A DNA stretch of 64,000 bases from Epiperipatus broadwayi (lineage: Eukaryota > Animalia > Onychophora), in the NCBI GenBank assembly GCA_028023455.1, contig JAQFVV010000009.1, forward strand, positions 434,001 through 498,000. The letters are read 5' to 3'. The stretch's first letter is position 1. Every line of letters begins with the position of its first letter. The position numbers were made by a program, and so were the translations under genes. Shown here in pieces: positions 11,121 to 24,020 of the stretch. The notes below the pieces were generated by a model, which ran no database searches, was not told the origin of the DNA, and saw only the letters and a list, made by a program, of their open reading frames with translations.

Positions 11121-14100
11121 AAACAAGAAAGTGAAGCATTAAGGGGTTTGATTTATGAAAAATATTATGGCTCAGGAAACTTATAAAGGAGAGTAGAGTT
11201 TTAAACTACAGTATTATCAAAAAAAAAAAAGCTTAAGAATGGACAGGATGTAAGAAGCCAATGAAGGGTAGCTAATTCAGATATAAATGTAGATGTAAAT
11301 AGGGAATGAATCTGTAAAACTAATGAAAAACAAACGTAGTAGAGAAGAAAGAGTAAAAAAAAAATTATAAAAGGGTAGTAAAAAAGAATGAAATTGTTAA
11401 AATTGAATATGTAAGATGGTAGGAGACCAGAAAATTTGCTGGAATTAAACAAAAAATGCAGTAGTGGAAACACACCTAAGAAAAGAAGACCCTACATTGG
11501 AAGATTTGGTATGGCAGGGTGATAGTATAGGAGTTATGTCAAAAAATATATTTAAATACTGTAAAGTATGAAGAACATTTGTGGTTTGAGATAAGGTTAG
11601 GAAAACAAGAAGGAATGGTGGTTATAGTGTATATGGCCACTGGAGATAGTCAAATTTTAATAGCATGAAACAGTAGCATATATGAATGCCTAGTTAAGGA
11701 TATACAGAATTTTTAAAAAAAGGGGGGGGAGGAGAAAATAATAGTTATAAGGAAAATGAAAAAAATGATGACATAGATAACAAGAATGGACAACTTTTGA
11801 ATCATTTTTGTCAGAGAGTGAATATGAGCACTGGAAATTTATCAAATATTTATGAGGGGCAATATACATGGTCTAGAAAGAATATATTTCACATAATAGA
11901 TTATATATTAGTGGGGAAAAAAAAGAATGAATAAAATATGAAAAATTAAGGTGTTTAATAATGAAGAGAGAGTATGTAATAGTGATCATAATTTCTTTAT
12001 AATAGAAATGGTTAGTAATGTGATGGAAAATAGTAATAAAAGTAGAAAGTATAGTGAAAGATGTGGATGGAGAATGAATGATAAGAATAAGTTAGAGGTA
12101 TATAAAACAAAAGTAGAAAAAATCATGGAAAAGTTTGTTGGGGATGAATGTAAGGACTGGTGTGGTGAAGTAGAAAAAGTAGCAAATAGGGTTTTAGGTG
12201 ACAATACTCAGAAGAATAAAGTAATAGAAAAGTGAGAATTAGTAAAAGTGTAAAAGAGAGGAAAAGAGCATGCAGAGAATATAAATGTGCTATTAAAAAA
12301 TAAAGAAGGCGAAGAAGATATTAATATTAAATGGGAAAACTATTTTTTAAAAAAAGAAGTTGGTAAAATAGATAATTATAGAAAAAGAATGAAATTAAAT
12401 AGTAAATTATTGGAGGATATTAATAAAAATGGAAGAGATGGGAGTAAAAAATCTGGAAATATATTAAAACAAGGAATGTAGAGGAGAGAAGTAGTATTAC
12501 TAAATGATGAGGAAAAAGAGGGTAACTCTAGTGAAGAATTAGAGACAATCTTAAATAAGTATGCAATGGATATAGAAAAAATGTTAGTTGTGAAGAATAG
12601 ATGATAACAAATATAAAAGCACATAGTAATGGAAATATTAGTTTTATCGAAACTAAATTGAATGAGGCAGGGAAGAAATTGAAAAGTGGAAAGGCAAGAG
12701 GTTTAGATGGATGGGCAGCAGAGATGGTAAAGAATTTGGGAAGTAGGGTAAAATTAAATCTATTATCATGTTTTAATAAGATGGCACAGAAGACAGAATT
12801 TCCAGATAGCTGGAATAATACAAAAATAAGGCTATTATTTAAAAGAAAGAGTAAGGATCATTGAAAGATAAACAATTACAGACCGATAGCAGTAATGTCA
12901 GTTGTTATATAAAGTTTTTGCATACATGGTGGCTGGAAGGATGGCAAAAGGAATGTAAGATAATAATATAGTGGGAGAAATGCAAGGAGGTTTTAGAATG
13001 GATAGGAGTATAGGAGCTAATTTATTTGGAGTCACACAACTTATGAATATGAGTAGGAATATAGGTAGACAGTTATATATGGTCTTTATAGATATAGAAA
13101 AGGCATATGACAGAGTAAAAAGAAATAGATTATAGGTAAGTTTAGTAAATTTGGAAATGAATGGAGTGAATCTTATTTTGAAATTGTATGAAAATAATTA
13201 CTACATGCATCACTCAGGAAATATAGAATCAGTTAGAATTAAAAATGGGGTGGGACTAAGGCAAGGATGTCCTATGTCACCTATTTTGTTTTTGTTAAAT
13301 TTTAAAGAAATGGAGAGAGCAATAAAAAGATTAGGAAGAGGGATAGAGATACCGTTAATAGATGGCAAGGGAGTGTATATATTATCAGGCCTTTTATTTG
13401 CTGATGATATCTTCCTGTGCACAGAAAGAAGTGAAAGATATGGAAGTTATGCTGAAGACATGCGCAAGGGTTGTTAAAGAAATGGGGATTAAATTTCGTA
13501 AAGAAAAATCAAAAATAATAATGAAAAATGCTGGGGAAAAAGAAGAGAAAGAATTTTTATTGGGGAGATATCAAGTAAAATGTGGTAAATAGGTATAACT
13601 ATTTGAGAATCATCTTAAGTAATCAAAGAAATAGCTAGGATGAATGGGAGAAAAAATTGATAAATGAAGCAAAGAAAAAAAAAAGGGGCCGATAAAAAAA
13701 TAACAGTGTTTTCATATAATAAATATGATGTAGCAAGAATTGTATGAAAGGGAGTGGCAGTAGAAGGATTAACTTATGGTAATGATGCATTATGTGTTAG
13801 TAAAGGTGTGTTAGATTACTTAGAAAGATACAAAAAGAAGTAGGAAGTCATGCAATAGATGCAGAGGTGTGGTTAGCAAAGGAGACAATTTCAAAGATAA
13901 ATGGGATGGTCAACTTTTTATATAAGAGATGCAAAAAACAAATGAAAATATTCAGTAGATTGCAATTTATGAATAATAAGAGAATAGCCAAAATAGTATT
14001 TAAGTGGGTTACAAATAAAGGACAGGCAGCAAAATGAGTGAGAAAAGTAGTATGGTATGCAGAAGATTTGGATAAAGACTTTATATCAGTATGTGTTAGG

Positions 14101-14829
14101 AGGATTGTTGAGTGTTGGTAAAGTAATGGTACAGAAGAATAGATGCATTAATAAAAAAATTGGGAGCTGAAGAACTAGTATGGAGAGTAAAAAGAGTTTA
14201 AATATATATAAAAGTAAACAGAATATTGGGTGTGAATTAAATTTATGATAATAGTAAGAAAATAGTTGTATTTATAAGTTGGACTATTTCCATCATCTAA
14301 TATGAGTATTGAATGTCTTTAGAAAAATTTAACTTTATTTAAATATTGCAAATACATTCAACTATTAATAATAAATACACATGTTAGTAATTTACTGTTT
14401 AAGGCTCAAACAGGATCATTAACAACAAACAAATATACACACAAATGGATAAATGTGAATGATTTAGTTTGAAAAGTTATGTAAGGAAGGCATGGAAAAT
14501 ATTAGGCATCTGCTAATTTAATGTAAATGCTTACAAATAGAAAGAGTACAAATAATGAAATTGTGGGAGAATAAATATAAACAAAGTGATTGGTTCTTGT
14601 TTTTTATGCCGTATTTGGAAAAAGATAAGAGAAATCTAGATATAAAGATCATAGAGTGAACAAACATGATGTTGTGGAAATGGGATGGAGCAGATTAGAG
14701 AAGAATATGGGGAAAACTTAGGATGGGGAATGGAAACGGAAGAGAAAGTGGCTCACAAGTTTCTCTAGGCATAATGACTGAGAGATTCCTGACTTTGATA
14801 AAAGAAAAGCCATAGCACATTGCATTGCA
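11121..14829 (+). mobile_element. Degenerate LINE (APE + RT + C-terminal CCHC), clade not assigned, (CATTG)n tail
   Basis: GQYTWSRKNIFHIIDYILVG and SDH (APE, ~11855-11990); KARGLDGW, NYRPIAV, FIDIEKAYDRV, GLRQGCPMSPILF, GLLFADDI (RT, 12600-13430); many stops; tail gcacattgcattgca at 14815-14829. Confidence 0.85.
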
Positions 14830-16518
14830 CTGTTATAACAGCTTGTGTAAACATAGTAAATGGTAATCATATGAAGTTACTGATTATTTACAGAAAAATA
14901 CATAATAAGAAGTTGTTCTAACAATAAATTTATCCTAAATTTTTTTTTATTATCATTGCTAAAAAGTATTTTATAAAGTTTTGAAAACGTTTATTTAAGA
15001 TAGCATTTTAATTAATGAAATTAACTATAAAATTCAAACTTACTATTTAAAAAAAATGTCATGGAAGCATATTTTTAAACGATAGACCATGTAATATTTG
15101 TATTTTCAATAGCAAAAATAAAATTTTTAAAAATGTATAATAAGTTTATAATAAAATATTTGATAAATACATATTAAAGTGAAACAGTAGAATAAACATA
15201 CAATGAATAAACTTGCATAAGCAGTTCTCTTCAACCTATTCTTGAGCTACTTACAATAAACTTGAATAATCAAGTCATATAAAATATCAATAAGATAAAA
15301 AATATATAATAAATATCACAATATAACATGTTAAATTCCAAAACTCTTTTGGAGTATAATATCATAATTGATATGATGAGATTTTGAAAAATGTAGTAAA
15401 ATCCATTTATTCAAGTATATTTTGACATACATTTTAGTGTTAAAAAAGAAAGGAGAAGAGTAAGATAGTTGTTATGATCAAAATGCTAACATTACAGTTT
15501 AATAGTTTTATTTTGAAGGACTTGAATTTTCACTTCCTTTTATACATTTTTAAATTAATAGTGTTTTCCTTAAAGTTTCAGTTTTTGGAATGCATTCTAT
15601 GGTTTAATGAAATTGTGAATAAACAATATATTGTTTCTTCAAACTGTTTTGGCTATTATTTACATACCACTATTTCAAATCAAGTATTTTTTTTTAATAT
15701 TTCATATTTCAAAATAAAATATTAATAACTTTGTGAACAATCTTTGATCCAAATTAGTCTAAATAATCTATGTCCCATTCTATTGTGATTAAGATCAAGA
15801 CAGATGATCAGTACATTGAAGGGCAGAAAGTTTTTTTTTGTAGTTTTAAGAATGAGTGCACACATTAATATTTTATGCAATCACAATAGATTCTTTATGT
15901 TTTAGTAATCTCAATGTATTGCACTTTTGTACAGTATGATAACACAAACAAATGCCTATTTAATGCATAAGTTTCAAAAAACCATAAAACAATTCTAGTA
16001 AATATAACCTTTAAAAAAAATACTCAATATTAAAAAAAGACAAAAAACTTATGAGGTGTTATCTGAAAGAATTAAGAAAAACTATTTTCTGATTCCCAAT
16101 TTTATTACAGATTAATACAGAATTTCTTTCAACAAAATAGTTTCTTACTTCATCTTATTAGGATCATTTTTGGATGTTTATAACTGATTGTGACAAATAT
16201 TAAAAAATATCATCTAATTCTCAATAGCATCATCAAAACCCATCAAATTCCATTAGACTATTATTTAATTTAATGAAAGAATTGGCCTTAAAAAATTCAG
16301 TGTAATATTGCAAAATATGAATCATGAATAATTTTTTTATTGGAAGAAGCCTCTGAGTTCCCACTCCCTAATTAAGAAAGGCCCTTTTCTCCTTTTCTGT
16401 CAAAACAATATCACAAATTTTAACATTCTATTACCTGGAGAACAAAACATAATTGTATATTTCCATTTAATCATGTTACATAGAGAGCTCACAAAATAAA
16501 CTCTTAACAAGCTTTGCA

Positions 16519-16581
16519 GAATATCCCCAATCCCAGACCGGTTTCCGCTACTGGCATCGTCAGTGAGGTGCTAGGATATCC
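16519..16581 (-). ncRNA. Type-I hammerhead ribozyme, family A copy 1 (intact core)
   Basis: Minus strand reads GGATATCC-TAGCAC-CTCA-CTGACGA-TGC-CAGTA-GCG-GAAA-CCGGTC-TGGG-ATTGG-GGATATTC. Confidence 0.8.
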
Positions 16582-17005
16582 AAGCATTAGATTAAAAATA
16601 CCAAGACAAGCCCAGCACTTTATCTAATGTATAACTATTAAAGTAGAAAATCTGAAATTTTCAGACATCCATGTGTCTTCCAATCCAACTGTCGTTTTTT
16701 CAGGCATATAGTCTTAAGGTTATAACCTTAATATGTATTATTTTATTTAACGAATATGCACTTTACAAATATAATTATTACAACTATCTAACTTAAATAG
16801 TCATATGGGACTGAACTAATGTTCAGATACACTATATATTAATAGCTTTAGCAATATAAAATCACCAAAACCTTAATAGCAAAAAGTAAAATTACAAAAA
16901 AAAAAAAAAAATCCAAGTCAGATGTCACATGACCTAATTTAATAAGCTTATATTTACAAATGTTATATGTAGAGCTCGCAAAATAAACTCTTAACAAGCT
17001 TTGCA

Positions 17006-17067
17006 GAATATCCCTAACCCCAGACCGGTTTCTGCTATGGCATCGTCAGTGAAGTGCTAAGATATTC
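17006..17067 (-). ncRNA. Type-I hammerhead ribozyme, family A copy 2 (intact core)
   Basis: Minus strand reads GAATATCTTAGCACTTCA-CTGACGA-TGC-CATA-GCA-GAAA-CCGGTC-TGGGGTTAGGGATATTC. Confidence 0.8.
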
Positions 17068-17508
17068 AAGCATTAGATTAAAAATACCAGGACAAGCCCA
17101 GCACTTTATCTAATGTATAACTATTAAGTAGAAAATCTGAAAATTTCAGACATCCATATGTCTTCTAATCCACTGGATTGGAAGACATATGCAAAGCTTG
17201 TTAAGAGCTTATTTTGTGAGCTCTATATATAACATTTGTAAATACAAGCTTATTAAATTAGGTCATGTGACATCTGACTTGATTTTTTTTTTTTGTAATT
17301 TTATTTTTTGCTATTAAGGCTTTGGTGATTTTATATTGCTAAAGCTATTAATATATGGTGTTTCTGAACTTAATTCAGTCCCATATGGCTATTTAAATTA
17401 GATAGCTGGATTGGAAGACAATGGATGTCTGAAAATTTCAGATTTTCTACTTAATAGTTATACATTAGATAGTGCTGGGCTTGTCCTGGTATTTTTAATC
17501 TAATGCTT

Positions 17509-17571
17509 GAATATCCTAGCACCTCACTGACGATGCCAGTAGCAGAAACCGGTCTGGAGTTGGGGATATTC
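17509..17571 (+). ncRNA. Type-I hammerhead ribozyme, family A copy 3 (intact core; predicted cleavage after C17554)
   Basis: GAATATCC(17509-16) ... CTCA-CTGACGA(17527-33)-TGC-CAGTA-GCA-GAAA(17545-48)-CCGGTC(17549-54)-TGGAG ... GGATATTC(17564-71). Confidence 0.8.
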
Positions 17572-18177
17572 TGCAAAGCTTATTAATAGCTTATTTTGTG
17601 AGCTCTATATATAACATTTGTAAATACAAGCTTATTAAATTAGGTCATGTGACATCTGACTTGATTTTTTTTTTTTCTCCATTTAATCAATATTCCCATA
17701 ATTTTAAAATATTTCTCAATACTATGAAAAATTATTAGATTTCTGGTCTTAAAGAATAATCATGAGAAATATATCCATGATCATACAATAGAAGATAGTA
17801 TTTATGGACTTGTGATAATAACAATCCTTATAAATGTAAAAAAAAAATTGGAAGATATATCTGACACTTTAAAATCTCCAAAATTTATATTAAATTGCTT
17901 GTGTTTAGGACAATCTTTTTTCAGTAAGTGTGAGAATTATATTTTGAAAACATAGTACAACTTTTGCAATTGCATAATCTTAACTTTTCCTTCTATTGAT
18001 TTTGACTTTTTTTTTTTTTTTTTTAAAGATAAACCATGTTTATACAGATCTTCACTAAAAAAAAAAATTCTGAACTTCAATGAATCAATAGAACATAGCT
18101 GATCTAATATCAAAAGTTTCCACATACACAAAATATAAATTAAATAAATAATTTGTTATAAAATTAATCATCTAAAA

Positions 18178-19809
18178 CAGTGTTTCCCAACCTGTGGTAC
18201 GCGTACCACTGGTGGTACACAAGTTACTGGTTGGTGGTACACGAAAAATAATCAATAATGGCGGCCATAAAAAAAAAAATTAAATCATAAAAATATAGAA
18301 ACGTTTTTTCCTATAATTCATAAAAATTATTTTAATTAATAATATTATACAGTAAAGTTGTTAATATGTACAGTCGATAATGATCTTTAATGTTAATGAT
18401 AAAATTGAAAGTATGATTAAGAAATTAGATTTTTGGAAACAGTAATATATATAAGTATCGAAAACAATCAACTGGAAGTAATCGAAACTCTACATATTTT
18501 TGTGTTTGAAAATAAGGTTAATCTGTCTCAAGATATACGAGAAAATATAATAGCACATTTAATAGGATTAAAATTGTCTTTCATGGGATATTTTCCAAAA
18601 CCCGAAAACACAAATGATAATTGGATTTCAAACTCCTTCTATGCTGAAAATTTAGAAAAAGCTACATCATTATCAATAAAGGATAAATAAAATTTAATAG
18701 AATTATCATGTGACAGAACTTTACAAGTAGAATTCAAATGACACAATCTAATTAATTTTTGGTTAAACATTAAAGAATATAAACAACTTTCTGAGAAAGC
18801 TCTTAAATTATTATTACCGTTTACTAGTACAGAATTAGTAGGAAGAGCTTTTTCTTCATATATTTTTAAAAAAAATAAGTATCGAAACAGATTGAACGCA
18901 GCTGTAGACTTAAGGGTATACCTCGCATCTTTTGAACCAAATTTCAAAAAATTATGTTGTTCGAAACAAGCACAAAGATCTCATTAAATTTATTTTATAA
19001 AAATATTTGATTATGATAAGAAAATATACTCATTGGTTTTTTATAATTTTGTGTTTTTATTAAAACCATTTATTAGTAAACAAAATATGACAAAATAGTA
19101 GATAAATAATGAGTCGGATCAAGGCAAATCAATCTCAATTATTTAATTTGAAAGAATGTATCAGAAAAGGATCATACCCAGAAATTAGACTCTCATTAAT
19201 TTTTGATCATCTATTGTGGATTACTAGATGTAAGCTAGTATTTAATCATCAAACTTTTAATCCTATTAATTTCATGCTGAACAATATAAAGAAAACAAGA
19301 ACAAGAGATAGCCTGATAACCCCTGAGGTTATTTTTACCATGACTTGGGACATGCTGGATTTATCCTCTCCATGGCCCAACCAATAGCAAGATGCTCCAA
19401 AAAAGAGAAAACAGATTCAAATTCGGGGAAAACCAAATGAAGGAATGAGAAAACACTTTGAACAAAATATATACCAAATAACCTTTAATGTAATAATGTA
19501 ATCTTTAATAAATTATTTTGAAAAAAATATGAAACTTTGAACAAACACATACATATAAATATGTTACAGTGAGTTTATAATTTCAGTGAGTTTATAATCT
19601 GGCGTGACGTTTAGGCATGTTTCAATGTAATTTGTCTCGTTATGAAATGTGAATACATACATGGTCACCCTATAATATTTATAATGCAAATAAAATAACA
19701 CACTTGCAATAACAAATTTCACTAAATACAATCATTTTTACGAAGTGGTACAATTTAGCGTGATGTACTACCATGTGGTACTCGAGCCAAAAAAGGTTGA
19801 GAAACGCTG
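18178..19809 (+). mobile_element. Internally deleted hAT (Charlie/Buster, ZBED5/SCAND3-like) element; 8-bp TSD
   Basis: TIRs CAGTGTTTCCCAACCT / AGGTTGAGAAACGCTG; TSD ATCTAAAA at 18170-18177 and 19810-19817; transposase C-terminal remnant ~18433-18987 (FWLNIKEYKQLSEKALKLLLPFTST ... KNKYRNRLN ... DLRV). Confidence 0.9.
19090..19520 (+). mobile_element. Probable L1/Tx1-like LINE 3' fragment nested in the hAT element
   Basis: ORF 19109-19387 contains LWITRCKLVF, resembling the W..R...F motif at the L1/Tx1 ORF2 C-terminus; followed by an AATAAA-containing tail; boundaries approximate. Confidence 0.4.
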
Positions 19810-20498
19810 ATCTAAAACAAGGCACTAAATCTCTATTGTATATTAATGTACAATGTCAAACATTGTGCTAATAATTGTTCCCTCTTAATAAATGTGAATG
19901 AAAATATCTTTTCTGGTTATCATTCTTAATTAAACTGTCAAGATTCTTGAACTTAGTATTATTGTAGTTTGAAATGTGGTGGGGGGGGGGGTCTTAATTA
20001 GTTAAATCATAATGGCCTACATCATTCTTATCTCTAGTTTCAGAATCGGACAATTATCTTGTTAACCTGAAAAACCCTAACATTAGAGAGAATGAAAATT
20101 GGAAATAGATATTATTTTATTTATTGTTATTAGGATATGTAATTTTCCGTTGGTTCATTATATTTCATTTCAAATCCTCTCCTCTATAGTGATTGAATTG
20201 GCTCAGTTATTCTTCTTGAATCATTTTTATGTGAAAAGTGTCTTGATCATAACTGAAAACACATTTATTTCATTCAATTATCAATTAAACTCTAGGTTAA
20301 AGAAATCTAAACTACATGAAAACATAATCAAATATTAATATTTTTTGGTTAAATTATTCCATTTCTCTGTCATGTGAATGAAAAATCTATTATATCCAAT
20401 AATAAATGGATAATATATTTTTTTAAGTTTGGGAGAGAAAATAATCAATGTCATAATATTAAAATTATTTTAAACACTTAATGCTAAAATTTATTTAC

Positions 20499-20614
20499 CT
20501 GATAAAAATAATAACCATATAATGGTAAAAATTTGAGACCATCTTTGAGTATATACCGGATATGTCCCAAACTCCCTTGTCGAACTGCTAACATATCAGC
20601 AACAACCCAGTCAA
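20499..20614 (-). CDS. AGPAT5: 1-acylglycerol-3-phosphate acyltransferase epsilon-like, internal exon (homologous to vertebrate exon 3), 116 bp
   Basis: ttatag|...|gtaaat splice sites; encodes (V)DWVVADMLAVRQGSLGHIRYILKDGLKFLPLYGYYFYQ, matching AGPAT5 DWIVADILAIRQNALGHVRYVLKEGLKWLPLYG; phase 1 start, phase 0 end. Confidence 0.92.
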
Positions 20615-21299
20615 CTATAAAAATAACAAAGCAATAAAAAAAAATGAAAAAATTTAATATGAAGAAAATATTTAAAAAAACAAAAACAATAATAAATAAC
20701 AAAAATAAAATCTTTCATAAGTCTAATGTAAATATTAAACCAAGTATCACTAGCCAAAATCAAATTAAAAATTCATTATAATAATTTCCCTGTCAAGGAA
20801 GATTTCTCAAATGCAAACAGAATAAATATATACTATACTAGTTTGCCACAATTCCAATTCACATTCCAATTACTTTTAATATTTTAAAAAGTATTAAACA
20901 AATTGAAACTTCAAAATCATAAATCTTTATTAAAAATGATTTTTTCATTTTCTTTTACATTATTTTCAAATATAACAAACTTAACTTATTCAAAAATAAT
21001 CTCATAGTCTGTAAGATATTTATTTCTTAATCTACTTTTATGAACTTTGACTCTCATTAAAATTCATAAATACTTTGATCTATATATAATTTCTTATAAA
21101 AACAATTTAAACAACCCCAGGAATGAAATACCTACCAATTCTCTCTTTTATATTATTCAATAAGTTACATCTTCCTCCATGCTATTTTCTTATTATGATT
21201 TTTCCTTAAACCTAATAAGAAGATAATTTAAAATGGCAAAAAAATAAAATCATAATTTTCATCTTTATTATAATAAAGTCATCTACAAATATGTCAAAA

Positions 21300-23300
21300 T
21301 TCCTATCTAGTATTCATTCTTAAAAAACTATATAATTTCACATTTAATATGTATATATTTCAGAGCAATTTGGCAATATTTAACAAACTGGATTCACAAA
21401 AGAAATCAATCAAGATTAAATTATCCAGAAAATATACATCTAATAAAAAACATGTGGAAGAGCAGTCATTAAACATTTGATAATTTTTTTGAGACAAATT
21501 AGATATGTTATCCAGTAACTTCATCAAATACGAAAGAACTATTAAAACATTTGGTAAAAATTTATAAATTTTCTAATGCATATAAATGACTGGCTTGGAT
21601 TTTCGGTATCATCACTATTAATGATCACCAAATGCTCACAAAATCATTCAGTAAATATCTTAGATTTATCTTAAACAAGTGAACTCATAAAAAAAAAAAA
21701 TCATAAAGAGTTAAACATCATTGTCTTGTTTCATCAATAATAACTTCAAATATTTTTTTTTAAATATCTTCTTTTTATGTCTTTTTTAAAAATAGTTTTA
21801 AAGACAGTATTCACATACAAAAATAATCAGTTTATAAATGAGCAGAGTAAGCTTTCAACTCTAGACAAAGGATTTTTTTTTTTCATTTCTATAATTCAAG
21901 TTCGAAGTCTTGAATTACTTAATTCATTTTCCAAAGATAAGGCTTAAGCTTTAAGATTTATTGTCTTTTAATTTAAATTTAGTTTTGGCTGAATGTACAG
22001 TAACTAATCAACAAAGTAAAACCATTATAATTTCTCTTTTCAATTTTTCTAGACATATTGTCCTTTATTTTCCTACTCTCATCTTGTTATATATTATATC
22101 AGTTTGATACCACTCTTTAAATTTTATAATTTTTCCATATTTTTTCTTATCTTTATAAAACCTTTTATTTTCTGCGTAGTGTTCGATCTCCGAGATGCTA
22201 TATCAACTGAAAACTTTGAACTATGTAATCAGACCAGCTTCTACAATCGAAATACTTGTTAACAAAAATCAAATATGGTTGTAAAAGAAAAATTCCCCCT
22301 TACACGAATCATTACTTTTGGAGTAATATTTAGCAAATATATTTTTCCTCCAATGACTTCTTTTTTTTCAAATTTCATATACTCTTCATGTCAAAACATT
22401 CATTTTTCTTCAGTAATTAAATTCATATATACTTGATCTGAAAAAAATACATTTTTCTCCAGTAATTAGATTTATTTTATAACAGATCTCAGTCTTTACA
22501 TAAATTTTAGGTACCACCACAGTTTTTGCAGTATGCATAGAATCTTCAACCAATATTATGTCAGTTTGAAAGTCTTCTAAAACTTTTATGTAGTTGTTAT
22601 CTTTATATTATTTACTAATTTAATTATAACTTTTTGAAATATTTTACCACAACATCTAAATTCTTTTTGATTTTCTTCCACCTTTATTTTCAATTGTTGT
22701 ATTATCCTCTCAGTGTTAGCTTTATTTGTTGCTCTCATCCAACTTGCAAATGAACATTCCATATCTTCTCTGGTTTGTGCTGCTTCTATTCCTTTAACTG
22801 CTATTCCATCTTTGTTTTAAATTCTATTATTATTTATAGTAATTGCTGCTTCTACTATTTATTTTCTATTTATCATATTCCTAAACAAAATTCTTCATTT
22901 TATCTTTCCATTTCAAATATTTCAGCAAACTTGGATTGCCATTTTCTCCCTATATTTAAGTCTTTTTCCTTCTCTGGATATTAAGAACCTTCCTTCCTAA
23001 TCTCTTTTCTGTTTAACATTATAGCTTGCCTAATGTAAACCTATCGTTTTTTTTTAAATTAATTAAACCTGCTACTTCTAATTATTGCCCATTTCTTTAT
23101 TCTTTCATTCCATACTGTTTAACACTTGATACTATTATTTTCACAAATTATTTTTATGACATGATTATATTACTATTTTTCTTCTCATGTGATTTTATTC
23201 ATGGTCCAAATTTACTATAGCCAGTTTTATCTATCTAACAAAATCACAATAACTAAATACATTTATTTTAAGCAATTTATAAGACAATTCTCAGAAGAAG
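21300..23300 (-). mobile_element. Highly decayed LINE remnant (RTE-like)
   Basis: Purine-rich minus strand with vague RT-like motifs; no intact ORF; boundaries approximate. Confidence 0.3.
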
Positions 23301-23907
23301 ATGATATAATTATATTTTCAGGTTCTACACATTAGTCCATAAGTATGTGTTAATATAAAAGCAAAGCAACTAAATATATTCATTTCAATGCAAGCCTTCA
23401 CAATGCCAATTTACAGAGCTATTCTCAAGAGAATGTGATCTAATTATACATTTGGACCTTCTACATTGGAGCACTAATTAAGACAAACTTATGTTACTGA
23501 AATGTTTATGGTCAAGAGGTTATTTCTATAATATGCTGGAATCATGGCAGGACTACATTAACTGCTCTATGATAAATAAAATGAACTCAGAAAATGGGTT
23601 GGAGCAAATAACAGAGATAGAACACATTGCATTCTCAAGCCAATGACAAAAGGATCCACCATCAAAACTGAAAATACAGCTACACACACTTCAACAATCA
23701 AACACCCAATACAATCTCCAAAATCATAGATTTTCTATTTAACTCTAAAAATGAACACTTTTAAATATACATGAAAACTATTTTATAATTTAAAATCATC
23801 AATTCTTATGACATATTTCATAGTAATTTTTAAAATTAGTTCTACATAAAATGCATACTTTTTTTCTTTCTCAGTTGTGGTTGAGATCAAGTTGAGTGCT
23901 AATTTTG

Positions 23908-24020
23908 TAGTGATGATCACCAGTACATGATCAACATTAGCCCTAAGTTGGGTAGTCATTTATAATGATTGCCATCAGTACATGATCATCATTAGTCTTC
24001 AGTTGGATAGCCATTTATAA
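23908..24020. repeat. Two-copy tandem duplication, ~55-bp unit
   Basis: cagtacatgatcaacattagccctaagttgggtagtcatttataa at 23921 recurs as cagtacatgatcatcattagtcttcagttggatagccatttataa at 23976. Confidence 0.75.

Larger units (their letters stand above)
10806..14890. mobile_element. HHR family-B fold-back insertion, locus 1, containing a nested LINE; 15-bp TSD
   Basis: GTTACTGATTATTTA at 10806-10820 and 14876-14890 (a similar motif also occurs at ~10709). Inverted arm ~10821-11000, forward arm ~11000-11120, resuming at 14830-14875 after the LINE. Confidence 0.7.
16462..17689. mobile_element. Tandem plus inverted HHR repeat insertion (family A, ~382-bp monomer); 12-bp TSD
   Basis: TCCATTTAATCA at 16462-16473 and 17678-17689. 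Minus arm 16474-17172, mini-hairpin at 17157-17191, plus arm 17191-17677 with a 382-bp period (gcaaagct at 17191 and 17573). Confidence 0.85.

Noticed and set aside
2570-20490. Next AGPAT5 exon (expected to start with His-Gly after an AG)
   Set aside because: I checked the ag|CAT and ag|CAC candidates and none encodes an HGxIYV-like peptide; it probably lies left of the window.
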